Source: an uncultured virus (IMG/VR IMGVR_UViG_3300024933_000029)
Taxonomy: Duplodnaviria; Heunggongvirae; Uroviricota; Caudoviricetes
IMG/VR virus record: IMGVR_UViG_3300024933_000029
Location: 1 to 64,000 of that record
Length of the DNA stretch: 64,000 bases
Strand: one strand, 5' to 3'
The number at the start of each line of letters is the position of its first letter. The stretch's first letter is position 1. Positions 50,488 through 59,852 of the stretch are shown one piece after another. The notes below the pieces were generated by a model. That model worked only from the letters and a program-made list of their open reading frames with translations. It had not been told where the DNA came from and did no database searches. Both the position numbers and the translations under genes were made by a program.

Positions 50488-51836
50488 CGCTGCACGACAT
50501 GATCCTGGGCGCCTGGGCCATCGAGCCGGGCATGCTGCGCGAGATCCAGGGCATCTACGCCATGCACCTGCGCGGCGAGAAGCTGGATCTTGACGCCATC
50601 GAGGCCCGGCTGGGCCGGCCGCTGGCGCACGAACAGCAGGAGTACGAGGTCTTGCCCGGCGGCGTGGCGCTGTTGAAGCTGTCCGGCGTGATGGCACCCA
50701 AGGCCAACCTGTTCATGCGCGTGTCGGGCGGCATCAGCACCCGGCAGGCCACGCTGCAGATCGAAAGCGCCCTGGCAGACGCGCGGGTGCGCAGCATCGT
50801 GGTGGCGATGGACACGCCTGGCGGCAACGTGATCGGCGTGCCGGAGTTTGCCCAGGCCATTCACGATGCCGGTGCCATCAAGCCGCTGGTCGTGCACGCC
50901 AGCGAGATGCTGCTGAGCGCAGGCATGTGGTCCGGCAGCGGCGCCAACGCCATCTTTGTCAGCGGCTCTGTCGTCAGCGTGGGCAGCATCGGCGTGGTGG
51001 TGGACCGCGAGTTCGACCCCTCGTCCCGCGTGCAGCAGGAAAGCATCACAGCGGGCAAATACAAGCGCTTGTCCAAGCCGAACGAGCCCCTGTCCGATGA
51101 GGCCCGGGCCGTTGTCCAGGCGGACGTGGACTACGTCTACACGCTGTTCGTGGACGACGTTGCGCGTTACCGGGGCGTCAGCGCCGAGCAAGTTCTGGAG
51201 CACATGGCCGATGGCCGCGTGTTCCGTGGCCAGCAGGCCATCGATGCGGGGTTGGTGGACGGTGTCTCCACCCTCGACGCATTGCTGGACCGCATGGCCG
51301 CAGATCCCACCGAGTTCGCGTCGCGCCGCAAGGCCGTGATCAAGCCGGTGGCCCCGTCAGCAAGCGCCGGTGCTGCGCCCAAAGACAAATCCTCAACCCG
51401 TGATCCAAAGGAAACAGCAATGTCCGATTCCATCACGCGTGCGTCTTTCGAGCAGGACCACGCCTCTCTCTTCGCGGCCATCCAGGCCGAGTTCACCGTC
51501 CTGGGTGCCACCCAGGAGCGCGACCGCATCAAGGCGGTCCTCGCCGTGGGCGAGGGACTGCCAGGCCACGAGGAACTGCTGCAGGGCCTGGCCTTCGACG
51601 GCAAGACCTCGGCCGCCGACGCCAGCCTGGCGGTGCTGGGCGCTGAGAAGGCGCTGCGCGCTGCTGCCATCGAGGCCCACAAGCAGGATGCGCCGCCCGC
51701 CGCCAAGGGCAGCGCCGCCCCGGCCGACAACGGCGAAAAGACCAAGGCGCAGCAGGTCGAAGAGGCCAAGGCCGTGGCGAAGGAGCGGGGCATCAGCCTC
51801 GTCGCCGCGCTCAAGGAACTGGGCTACGCCAGCTGA
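50484..51836 (+). CDS. S49 prohead protease/scaffold
   Basis: DTPGG, VGSIGV, AGKYK, GLVD. Confidence 0.88.
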   Translation: MTLHDMILGAWAIEPGMLREIQGIYAMHLRGEKLDLDAIEARLGRPLAHEQQEYEVLPGGVALLKLSGVMAPKANLFMRVSGGISTRQATLQIESALADARVRSIVVAMDTPGGNVIGVPEFAQAIHDAGAIKPLVVHASEMLLSAGMWSGSGANAIFVSGSVVSVGSIGVVVDREFDPSSRVQQESITAGKYKRLSKPNEPLSDEARAVVQADVDYVYTLFVDDVARYRGVSAEQVLEHMADGRVFRGQQAIDAGLVDGVSTLDALLDRMAADPTEFASRRKAVIKPVAPSASAGAAPKDKSSTRDPKETAMSDSITRASFEQDHASLFAAIQAEFTVLGATQERDRIKAVLAVGEGLPGHEELLQGLAFDGKTSAADASLAVLGAEKALRAAAIEAHKQDAPPAAKGSAAPADNGEKTKAQQVEEAKAVAKERGISLVAALKELGYAS

Positions 51837-51873
51837 GCGCCCGGATCGTCAACCCCCTCACTAGGAGCACAAC

Positions 51874-52245
51874 ATGCCCTCCGGGAACATTTCCACTCTG
51901 ACCCTCACCGTGGTGGCCAGCGCCGCCGTCTCGGCCGAACGCTTCGTCACGCAGTCCGGCGGCTATCCCACCGCCGGCGGCGTTGCCTTCGGTGTCACGC
52001 GCACCAGCGCAGCCCAGGCCGGTGATCTGCTGCCCGTCGATGTGCAGGGCACCTCCATCGTCGAGGCGGGCGCTGCCATCACCCTGGACGCGGCCCTGAT
52101 GGTCGACGCGCAGGGCCGCGTCGTGCCATTGACCGTGGGCAGCAAGAGCCCCGTGGCCCGAGCGCTCGGCGCAGCTGCCGCAGCGGGCGATCGCATCGAG
52201 GTGTTGCTGGTTCCGTCCGCCGGCCTGGTCAGCACTGCCGCCTGA
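51874..52245 (+). CDS. Capsid decoration protein
   Basis: VEAGAAI...DAQGR...ALGAAAAAGDRIEVLL. Confidence 0.75.
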   Translation: MPSGNISTLTLTVVASAAVSAERFVTQSGGYPTAGGVAFGVTRTSAAQAGDLLPVDVQGTSIVEAGAAITLDAALMVDAQGRVVPLTVGSKSPVARALGAAAAAGDRIEVLLVPSAGLVSTAA

Positions 52246-52281
52246 TCCATTCCATCCCTGAATCACTCTCTGGAGAAACTC

Positions 52282-53220
52282 ATGCCGCAACCCAACCTTT
52301 CCGATCTCCGCGTCGTCGATCCCATCCTCACCGAGGTGGCGCGGGGCTACGGCTCGCCAAATGCCAAGATCGCCAGCATCCTGTTCCCCATCGTGCAGGT
52401 CGGCCAGCGAGCCGGCACCATCCTGGTTTTCGGCCCTGAGAGCTTTCGCCTGGTGAACACGGCTCGTGCGCCCGGTGCGAACACCAAGCGCATCCAGCTG
52501 GGCTATGCCAAGGGCAAGTACTCGCTGGTGGATCACCGCCTGGAAGGCCAGGTCCCCATCGAGAATGAAGAGGAAGCACAGGCCGTTCCCGGCATCGACA
52601 TGGGCGCCATGGCGGTCAACACGGTGCAGGACGTGATGGCCAATGAGCGCGAGAAGCTCGCCTCCGATCTGGCTCGCAACCCTGCCAACTACCCCACGGA
52701 AAACAAGACGGCCTTGTCCGGCTCCAGCAAGTGGACCGACCCCAACAGCAACCCGGCCGAGGATGTCAACGAGGCCAAGGAAGTGATCCGCAAGAAGATC
52801 GGCAAGAAGCCGAATGTCATGACCGTTGGCCCCCGGGTGTTGTCGGCGCTGCGCAACCACCCCAAGATCCTGGACCGCATCAGCGTGACGGTGGACCGCG
52901 TGCCGGCGACCATCGAGCAGTTGCAGCGCCTGCTGGAGATCGACCGCATCGTCGAAGGCGAAGCTACCTACTACGAGGGCAGCGAATTCAAGGACATGTG
53001 GGGCCTGGACGCCATCCTGGCCTACACCACGCCGGCCTCGATGCAGCAGCGGGGTTCGCCGAACTACGGCTACACGTACCAGCTCAAGGACCGCCCCCAA
53101 GTCGAAGAGCCGTACTTCGACAAGAACACGCAGACGTGGTACTACCCCGTCTCCGACGCCTACAGCCCCGAGCTGGTCGGCGCCACAGCGGGCTTCCTGT
53201 TCCAGGGCGCGGCAGCGTAA
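52282..53220 (+). CDS. Major capsid protein
   Basis: VDPILTEVARGY...LFPIV...; position in head operon. Confidence 0.85.
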   Translation: MPQPNLSDLRVVDPILTEVARGYGSPNAKIASILFPIVQVGQRAGTILVFGPESFRLVNTARAPGANTKRIQLGYAKGKYSLVDHRLEGQVPIENEEEAQAVPGIDMGAMAVNTVQDVMANEREKLASDLARNPANYPTENKTALSGSSKWTDPNSNPAEDVNEAKEVIRKKIGKKPNVMTVGPRVLSALRNHPKILDRISVTVDRVPATIEQLQRLLEIDRIVEGEATYYEGSEFKDMWGLDAILAYTTPASMQQRGSPNYGYTYQLKDRPQVEEPYFDKNTQTWYYPVSDAYSPELVGATAGFLFQGAAA

Positions 53221-53225
53221 CGGCC

Positions 53226-53660
53226 ATGCCGAAGTACACCGTACTGTCGCCCGTCAAGCATGACGGGAAGCGCCACAACGTGGACAGCACCATCACGCTC
53301 AAGGCCGACGAGGGTGCGGCACTGGTCGCGTTGGGCGTGCTTGAAGACCCGGCCATCGACGCGGCCCGTGCCGCAGCCGAGAAGGCCGAAGCCGAACGCC
53401 TGGCGGCCGAGAAGGCTGCTGCGGACAAGGCCGAAGCCGAGCGCCTGGCTGCCGAGAAGGCTGCTGCGGAGAAGGCCGAAGCCGAGCGCGTGGCCGCCGA
53501 GAAGGCTGCTACGGAGAAGGCTGAAGCCGAGCGTCTGGCTGCCGAGAAGGCTGCCACGGAGAAGGCCGAAGCCGAACGCTTGGCTGCCGAGAAGGCTGCT
53601 ACGGAGAAGGCCGAAGCCGAACGCCTCGCTGACGACAAGGCCAAGGGCGGGAAGGCCTGA
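53226..53660 (+). CDS. Post-capsid protein with 15-aa tandem repeats
   Basis: MPKYTVLSPVKHDGK then six AAEKAEAERLAAEKA-type units. Confidence 0.75.
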   Translation: MPKYTVLSPVKHDGKRHNVDSTITLKADEGAALVALGVLEDPAIDAARAAAEKAEAERLAAEKAAADKAEAERLAAEKAAAEKAEAERVAAEKAATEKAEAERLAAEKAATEKAEAERLAAEKAATEKAEAERLADDKAKGGKA

Positions 53661-53662
53661 CC

Positions 53663-53998
53663 ATGCTGGACCTCGACCGCGACCTGCGCGAAGTGTTCTA
53701 CGGCGACGACTTCGCCCTGGCGTTCTCCATCGAGCGACAGGGCGCGGTCGTGGGCTCGGCCGCAGGGATTCTCGGCGTCATAGACGACGAGGCCCTGGAT
53801 GGCCGGGTCTTCGCTGCAGAGCGCACGCTGCGGCTGCCCTCGATGCACGAACTGCGCGAGCGCGATGTGCTGATCATGCTGGCCGATGAGCTCACCATCG
53901 GCGTGCGGATCGGTGACCGTTTCCGCGTACTGGCCGAGCCGAAGCGCGTCAACGATGGATCTGAGATGGAGGCGCTGCTGGGCAGCGTGCAGCCATGA
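53663..53998 (+). CDS. Head-tail joining protein
   Basis: 111 aa beta-rich, FII-like position. Confidence 0.6.
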   Translation: MLDLDRDLREVFYGDDFALAFSIERQGAVVGSAAGILGVIDDEALDGRVFAAERTLRLPSMHELRERDVLIMLADELTIGVRIGDRFRVLAEPKRVNDGSEMEALLGSVQP

Positions 53999-54456
53999 GC
54001 CAGCCCCATCCTGACGTGCTGCGCTATGGCGCGCCTTTCGTGATCGGTCGCACCGTCTACCAGGCGCTGCAGGCTGCACCAGGTCTGCAGGGTGCTGTGC
54101 TGCGCGATAACCCCTTGGCCGCTGCCGACCTGAAGACAGGCGGGCGGGTGCTGTTCGTGGAGGACCAGGCGGACAAGCCCAGGGGCGACCAGCCCGGCCA
54201 GCGTCCCCGACGTTCCTACGGATTCTCCCTCGGTGTCATCAGCCGGGTGGAAGCCGCACGCGAGCAGGCCCATGCCGACTACCGCGTCGCCAAGCGTGCC
54301 GTGCTCGAGTGCATGCCGCTGCTCACGCAGATGGGCATCGAGATCGAGGGCGGCGGCATGGCCGAGGGCGAGGTGCGCTACCAGCTCGAAAACATCGACG
54401 TGGGCGGCGCCCTGGTGCTGGGCCTGTTCACGCTCGCCTACCGCGATCCGACATAG
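53995..54456 (+). CDS. Putative tail terminator
   Basis: 153 aa immediately before tail tube. Confidence 0.55.
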   Translation: MSQPHPDVLRYGAPFVIGRTVYQALQAAPGLQGAVLRDNPLAAADLKTGGRVLFVEDQADKPRGDQPGQRPRRSYGFSLGVISRVEAAREQAHADYRVAKRAVLECMPLLTQMGIEIEGGGMAEGEVRYQLENIDVGGALVLGLFTLAYRDPT

Positions 54457-54521
54457 GCGTCGGATCGATTCAGCAGATTGCCCGCCTTGCGCGGGTTTTG
54501 TTTTTTTGGAAGGAAATCACC

Positions 54522-55298
54522 ATGTCCACTACAGCACGTGCCATCCTGGCCGGCGGCCTTGTCTCGCTGAACCCCTGGAACACGGCCACTCTGGCCTATG
54601 ACGGTTTCGGGCCTCCACTGGATGCCGACAAGTTCGAGATCAAGCCCAATTTCGAGGAGAAGGTCTCGGGATCCCGGTCGCACCTCGACTATGGCCAGGC
54701 CCGGGCCTCGGTGGTGCTGCCCAAGCCCACCGAGATCACCATCGAGCTGTCGGCCGCCAGCACCACCGCAATGGCGATGCAGTTCCAGGGCCTGGTCGCG
54801 AAGCTCACCCAGGGCGCCGGCACGATCACCGCGCAGGAAATGACGATCAACGCCGTGGGCGTCTGGTTGCCGGTGGGCAAGCGCAACCTGGTGGAGCAGG
54901 GCTTCTCTCTCTCCCCCGATGGTGCAGGCGATCCCTTTGTCCTTGGTACCCACTACGAGGTCAACTGGCTGCGCGGGGAGATCCGTGTTCTTGCGGTCGA
55001 CGGCGCGCCGGCCAAGAACGATGTGGTGAAGCTGTCCGCGACGTACCAGGCTGTCGACGGCAAGAAGATCCTGGGCGGGCGTGTCACCCAGGTGCGTTGC
55101 CAGGCGCGCTTCGATGGAAAGAACATGGTCGACGGGTCGCCTATCGAAGTGGATGTCCACGAATGCGTGCTGGGCGCCAACAAAGGTTTCGACTTCCTGG
55201 GCTCGGACTACTCGGCCATCACGCTGACCGGAAAGATCGTCACGCCGCCCGGAAAGACCGAGGGCTACGAGGTCCGTCTCCCGACCGCAGGCGACTGA
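54522..55298 (+). CDS. Major tail tube protein
   Basis: 258 aa, strong RBS, before tape measure. Confidence 0.7.
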   Translation: MSTTARAILAGGLVSLNPWNTATLAYDGFGPPLDADKFEIKPNFEEKVSGSRSHLDYGQARASVVLPKPTEITIELSAASTTAMAMQFQGLVAKLTQGAGTITAQEMTINAVGVWLPVGKRNLVEQGFSLSPDGAGDPFVLGTHYEVNWLRGEIRVLAVDGAPAKNDVVKLSATYQAVDGKKILGGRVTQVRCQARFDGKNMVDGSPIEVDVHECVLGANKGFDFLGSDYSAITLTGKIVTPPGKTEGYEVRLPTAGD

Positions 55299-55481
55299 TC
55301 AGCGGCGCGGTGCAGACGTCTGTACCGCGCCCATCAGCAGCAGCACCGGCCATCCCACCACCACGGTGGCGATGGCCCCGGCACCGATCGCCATCAGGCG
55401 CTCGGAATCCAGCCACAGGCCCAGCAGGGCCAGCGGCAATCCCGCGCACACCAGTGCGATGCACCAGATCAATCCCTTCAT
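55299..55481 (-). CDS. Small two-TM membrane protein, antisense
   Basis: MKGLIWCIALVCAGLPLALLGLW...; GAGG RBS; fills the gap exactly. Confidence 0.55.
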   Translation of the reverse strand: MKGLIWCIALVCAGLPLALLGLWLDSERLMAIGAGAIATVVVGWPVLLLMGAVQTSAPRR

Positions 55482-55504
55482 CCGCTGACCTCTGAGCGCC
55501 CAAC

Positions 55505-58500
55505 ATGGCAGACCCAAAGATCAAATACGACATCGAAGCCGCCGTCAAGGGCGAGGCCGATGCCGAGCAACTGGCGAAGACGCTGCGGGATGTCGGGGAT
55601 GTGCTCGAGGGCGATCTGCAGAAAAGCGCCCAGGACGCAGCCCAGGCCCTCGAGGCGCTGGGCGCCAAGCAGCGGGCGCTGAACGAATTCGGGGCACTGA
55701 AGCTGCAGACGCAGTCTCTGTCGCAGGAGTTTGAAAAAGCCGTCTCCACCGTCGATCGCCTGGGCAACGAGCTGCAAGATGCGGGCGGCAAAACGCAGAC
55801 ACTCGCCACCGCCGAGAAGACCGCGACGACTGCCACCCAGCAGGCCCAGGCCGAACTGCAGCGCAAGAAAGACGCGCTCAAGGCTGTGCGCGATGAGACC
55901 ACGGGCACGGCCAGGCGCACGGACGACTACCGCAATACTGTCGCGGGCCTGAAGGACGGCATCAAGGCTGCGACCGCCGAGCTGAAGTCTCAGCAGGCCG
56001 GCCAGCGCGAAGCGGCCCAGGCTGCGACTACCGCGCAGAATGCCGAGGCTGCGCTGCGCAAGGAATACGACCTTGCCATCGGCAGCGCAGCGAAGCTGTC
56101 GAGCGAACTGCGCGTCAAGAACGGCACACTGGCCGCCGTTCGGGACCAGATGCAGGCCGTGGGCCTGAGCACCACGAACCTGACTGCTCAGGAGCGCAAC
56201 CTGCAGGGCGCCGTGCAGCAAGTCCGAGAGGCCGTGGCGGCCATGGCGCCGGCATACCAGCAGGCCGCTGCAGCATCCTCGCAGTCCACCCAGGTGCAGG
56301 CAGCGAACCAGCGCACGCTGCGTGAGGGCATGTCATCGATCAGCGCGCAGCTGCAGCGCATCCAGCAGATCGCCACGCTGGCGATTGGCGGTGGCTACTT
56401 CGGTGGTTTGATCAAGGACGTAGGCGCGACAGCCGACGAATTCAAGAACCTCGAGGCCCGTGTCAAGCTCGCCACGGGTGAAGGCCCACTGTTCGAGAAG
56501 TCCTTCGGCGGCGTGCAGCGCGTCGCCCTGGCGACCAACAGCTCGCTGGAGGAAACCGGCAACCTGTTCGCGCGCCTGACCAAAGCCTCGCAGGAGGGCG
56601 GCATGGCTGCAGCCGCCGCGCAGGAGCGGGCGCTGCGGCTGACCACCACCATCAACCAGGCCACGCAACTGTCGGGCGGCGCGGCCGAGTCCGCCAGGGC
56701 CGCGCTGACGCAGCTGATCCAGGGCCTGCAGTCCGGCGTGCTGCGCGGTGAAGAATTCAACAGCGTGATGGAGCAGGCTCCGCGCCTGGCGGAGGCGCTG
56801 GCCAAGGGTCTGAACGTCACCACGGGCGAGCTGCGGGAGATGGCCGGGCAGGGCGCCCTGACGGCGGAAACCGTCATGAAGGCCCTGGAGGGCCAGGCAG
56901 ATGTCGTGGCGCGCGAGTACGGCAAGCTGCCGCCCACCGTGGGCCGTGCCCTGCAGAATCTTTCCACGCAGTGGACCCTGTATGTGGGCGCAGCCGACAA
57001 GGGGCTGATCAGCAGCACGAACGCTGCCAAGGTCATCGACGCCCTGGCCGGCAACCTCGACATTCTGGTCAACACGCTGACGATGGCGGGCAAGGTCTGG
57101 GGCGCGATGCAGATCGCCAAGATTGCCGAATGGTTTGCCGGCTGGGCCGCCAAGACGATCGCGGCCACCCAGGCGGTCGAGGCCAACAGCGTGGCCACGA
57201 CCGCCAACACGGCCGCGCACCGTGCCAATGCCATCGCTGTCAACGCCAGCGCGGCGGCCCAGGCGGCCAACGCTGCTGCCTCTGCCACCAGCACCGCCGC
57301 CCAGACTGCGAATGCCAAGTCCTGGGGCGAGCTGGGTAACGCCCTCAAGGGCGTGAATGCCACCCAGGGGGAATTGCAGCGGCAGACCGCGCAGAGCACG
57401 GCTGCCCTCGACGCCTCGGTGGCGGCCAAAGGTCGTTTTGCTGCCGCTGCTGCCTCGGCCAACACAAGTGTGGGTATCTTGGGCCGAGGTGTAGGCGCAC
57501 TCACGGGCCTGCTCGGAGGCCCGCTAGGCTTGGGCGTCGCGCTGACGTTCCTGGCACCGGAGATTCAGCGACTGGGCGTTTGGCTGGGTGAGACCGCCGC
57601 CAAGGCCATGGGCTACGGCAAGTCCCTGGAAGAGGCCGAGCGCCAGTCGCGCCTGTCTGAGGAAGCCGCCAAGCAGCATGCCGAGGCGCTGCGCCGCCAG
57701 GCTGTGGCCCTCGAGGAAGTCCGCAACCGAAGTTTTGACCTCAACAAGGAGTCGACAGGACTGATCGGCCAGTTTGACAAGCTGCGCAAGGAGGGCGATA
57801 CGGCGGCAGAGGCTATCGCAAAGATCGGTAAGGATTTTGATCTGGGATCGGCGCCGGGCATCCGCAACGCCTCGGCCGTGCTGGACAAGCTGGTCGCTGA
57901 CGGAAAGATCAGCGCGAGCGAATTCCAGGGCGCCTGGGCCAAGGCGCTGGACGGGCAGGATCTGATGAAGTTCGAGATCCTTGCGCGGCAGGCCTTTGCC
58001 ACGGCGGGCAGCGAGGCCAAGAAGCTGGGCAAGCAGATCGAAGACGCCATCAAGTCGGGCGCCTCTGAGGAAGTCGTCAACGGTCTGCGCCAACGCCTGC
58101 AGGGTGCCCTCGCGGCGGCCACGCGAGAGGGTGAGCGCGTGGCCGAGATGATGGACAACGTCCTGCGGGCAGCCGTGCAGCGCACGGGGCTGGAGTTCAC
58201 GGCCCTGGAGGGCGGCATTGGCAAGGCGTCGCGCAGCGCGCTGAATGATCTTGATGTCGTGATCCGGGGTCTCGATCGCCTCAAGCAGCAGGGTATTGAC
58301 ACCGGCCGCGTGCTCGAGGCCAGCCTGGTCAAGGCCATCAACACCGCCGACAGCCAGAAGGCCCTCGACGAGGTGCGCGTGCGCGTCGAGCAGCTGCGCA
58401 AGGTCCTGGGCGACAAGGTGGCGGACGGACTCCTCGACCAGGCGAAGACCAAGGCGCTGGAATTGTCCGATGCCCTGGACAAGGCCAAGCCCGGCATCAA

Positions 58501-59428
58501 CAGCCTGCGCGAGGCCATGAAGGCGCTGGGCGTCACGTCCGATGAGGCGCTCAAGCAAGTGGCGACCAGCTCACGCTCTGCCTTTGATTTCATGGTGTCC
58601 TCCGGCAAGGCGAGCGCGCGGGAGCTGAGTGAAGGCTTCAAAAAAGCGGCCGAAGATGCGATCGCGGCAAACAAGGGTATTGCGCCCGAATGGGTCAAGT
58701 CGGCAGCTTCAGTACGCGGCTTCAAGATTGAGGTCGACGATGCGGGTCGCGCGACCCTCAAGTCAGTCGGGGACATTGGCCGTTCGGCCAAGTCGGCCGG
58801 CGATCAGTTCAAGGATCTGGGGCGCACCGCTGCAGACGTTCTGCGCAGCATGGGCATCGAGGCAGACAAGGTCTCCGACAAGGTCCAGCAACTGGTCAAG
58901 CAGGGGCAGATGCTAAGCGCAGCCTTCCAGCAGAGGCAGGACAACCGCAACCGCGAGCTCGACGACTCCAAGTACATGAACAGGGGCACAACCGCTGCCC
59001 AGGATCTTGTGCCCACGTTCAACAGCCGGGAGGAGGCCGAGGCCTGGAAACAGGCCTGGCTGGAGCAGTACGAGCGCGACAACCCGTTCCGTACAACGGC
59101 CGGTCAGTTGGGCAACTACATGCGCGATCTCACCATGTTCGAGTTTGACCGGGAGCTTGACGCGCTGAAGATCCGCGAAGCCATGGAGACCGCCAAGAAG
59201 AAGGCCGAAGGCGGGGCTGGTGGCAGCGGTACTGGCGGCGGTGGGGAAGGCGGCGGCGGTAGTGGTGGTGGTAGTGGCGGGCGCATCGACCGCATCGTGA
59301 ACATCTACATCGGCAACAGCATGGCCTACCCCGTTCCCACAAACCTGACGGGCCAGCAGTCCATCGAGGCGCTGGCCCGTGAGGTGCTGCGCGTGATCGA
59401 GCAGCAAAAGATCCAGTTGGGAGCCTGA
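55505..59428 (+). CDS. Tape measure protein
   Basis: 1307 aa Ala-rich; QGLQSGVLRGEEFNSVMEQ motif. Confidence 0.92.
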   Translation: MADPKIKYDIEAAVKGEADAEQLAKTLRDVGDVLEGDLQKSAQDAAQALEALGAKQRALNEFGALKLQTQSLSQEFEKAVSTVDRLGNELQDAGGKTQTLATAEKTATTATQQAQAELQRKKDALKAVRDETTGTARRTDDYRNTVAGLKDGIKAATAELKSQQAGQREAAQAATTAQNAEAALRKEYDLAIGSAAKLSSELRVKNGTLAAVRDQMQAVGLSTTNLTAQERNLQGAVQQVREAVAAMAPAYQQAAAASSQSTQVQAANQRTLREGMSSISAQLQRIQQIATLAIGGGYFGGLIKDVGATADEFKNLEARVKLATGEGPLFEKSFGGVQRVALATNSSLEETGNLFARLTKASQEGGMAAAAAQERALRLTTTINQATQLSGGAAESARAALTQLIQGLQSGVLRGEEFNSVMEQAPRLAEALAKGLNVTTGELREMAGQGALTAETVMKALEGQADVVAREYGKLPPTVGRALQNLSTQWTLYVGAADKGLISSTNAAKVIDALAGNLDILVNTLTMAGKVWGAMQIAKIAEWFAGWAAKTIAATQAVEANSVATTANTAAHRANAIAVNASAAAQAANAAASATSTAAQTANAKSWGELGNALKGVNATQGELQRQTAQSTAALDASVAAKGRFAAAAASANTSVGILGRGVGALTGLLGGPLGLGVALTFLAPEIQRLGVWLGETAAKAMGYGKSLEEAERQSRLSEEAAKQHAEALRRQAVALEEVRNRSFDLNKESTGLIGQFDKLRKEGDTAAEAIAKIGKDFDLGSAPGIRNASAVLDKLVADGKISASEFQGAWAKALDGQDLMKFEILARQAFATAGSEAKKLGKQIEDAIKSGASEEVVNGLRQRLQGALAAATREGERVAEMMDNVLRAAVQRTGLEFTALEGGIGKASRSALNDLDVVIRGLDRLKQQGIDTGRVLEASLVKAINTADSQKALDEVRVRVEQLRKVLGDKVADGLLDQAKTKALELSDALDKAKPGINSLREAMKALGVTSDEALKQVATSSRSAFDFMVSSGKASARELSEGFKKAAEDAIAANKGIAPEWVKSAASVRGFKIEVDDAGRATLKSVGDIGRSAKSAGDQFKDLGRTAADVLRSMGIEADKVSDKVQQLVKQGQMLSAAFQQRQDNRNRELDDSKYMNRGTTAAQDLVPTFNSREEAEAWKQAWLEQYERDNPFRTTAGQLGNYMRDLTMFEFDRELDALKIREAMETAKKKAEGGAGGSGTGGGGEGGGGSGGGSGGRIDRIVNIYIGNSMAYPVPTNLTGQQSIEALAREVLRVIEQQKIQLGA

Positions 59429-59432
59429 CCTC

Positions 59433-59852
59433 ATGAGCATTTATTTGTCCAACGGCGCCCAGGTGCTGGAGCTGCCGCGTGACCTGATCTGGGTGGATGA
59501 GCTGACCTGGTCGAAGGTCTCCCAGAAGACCGAGCGCGGCATCTTCGGCACGCTGGTCATCGATGCCATGGCCCGCAACGGGGGCCAGCCGATCACGCTG
59601 CAGGGCGACGGCGATAGCGCGTGGATCTCGCGAGCGACGCTGCGCACGCTCAAGGCCTGGTCCGGCATTCCCGGGCTGCGCATGACGCTGCGCATCCTGG
59701 CCGAGGAATTCGAGGTCGTCTTCGACCATGGCGACGCCGAGGAGACGCGGGCCATCGCGATGCAGTCGGTCATCGAGTACAGCGACCCCGAAGACAGCGA
59801 CTACTACTGCAGCCTGGTGCTGCGCTTTATTGAGGCGAGCGAAACCCTATGA
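59433..59852 (+). CDS. Distal tail protein
   Basis: LPRDLIWVDELTW...GQPITL after tape measure. Confidence 0.65.
   Translation: MSIYLSNGAQVLELPRDLIWVDELTWSKVSQKTERGIFGTLVIDAMARNGGQPITLQGDGDSAWISRATLRTLKAWSGIPGLRMTLRILAEEFEVVFDHGDAEETRAIAMQSVIEYSDPEDSDYYCSLVLRFIEASETL

Noticed and set aside
53372..53642. Non-coding repeat array
   Set aside because: In-frame coding repeats varying mostly at synonymous positions
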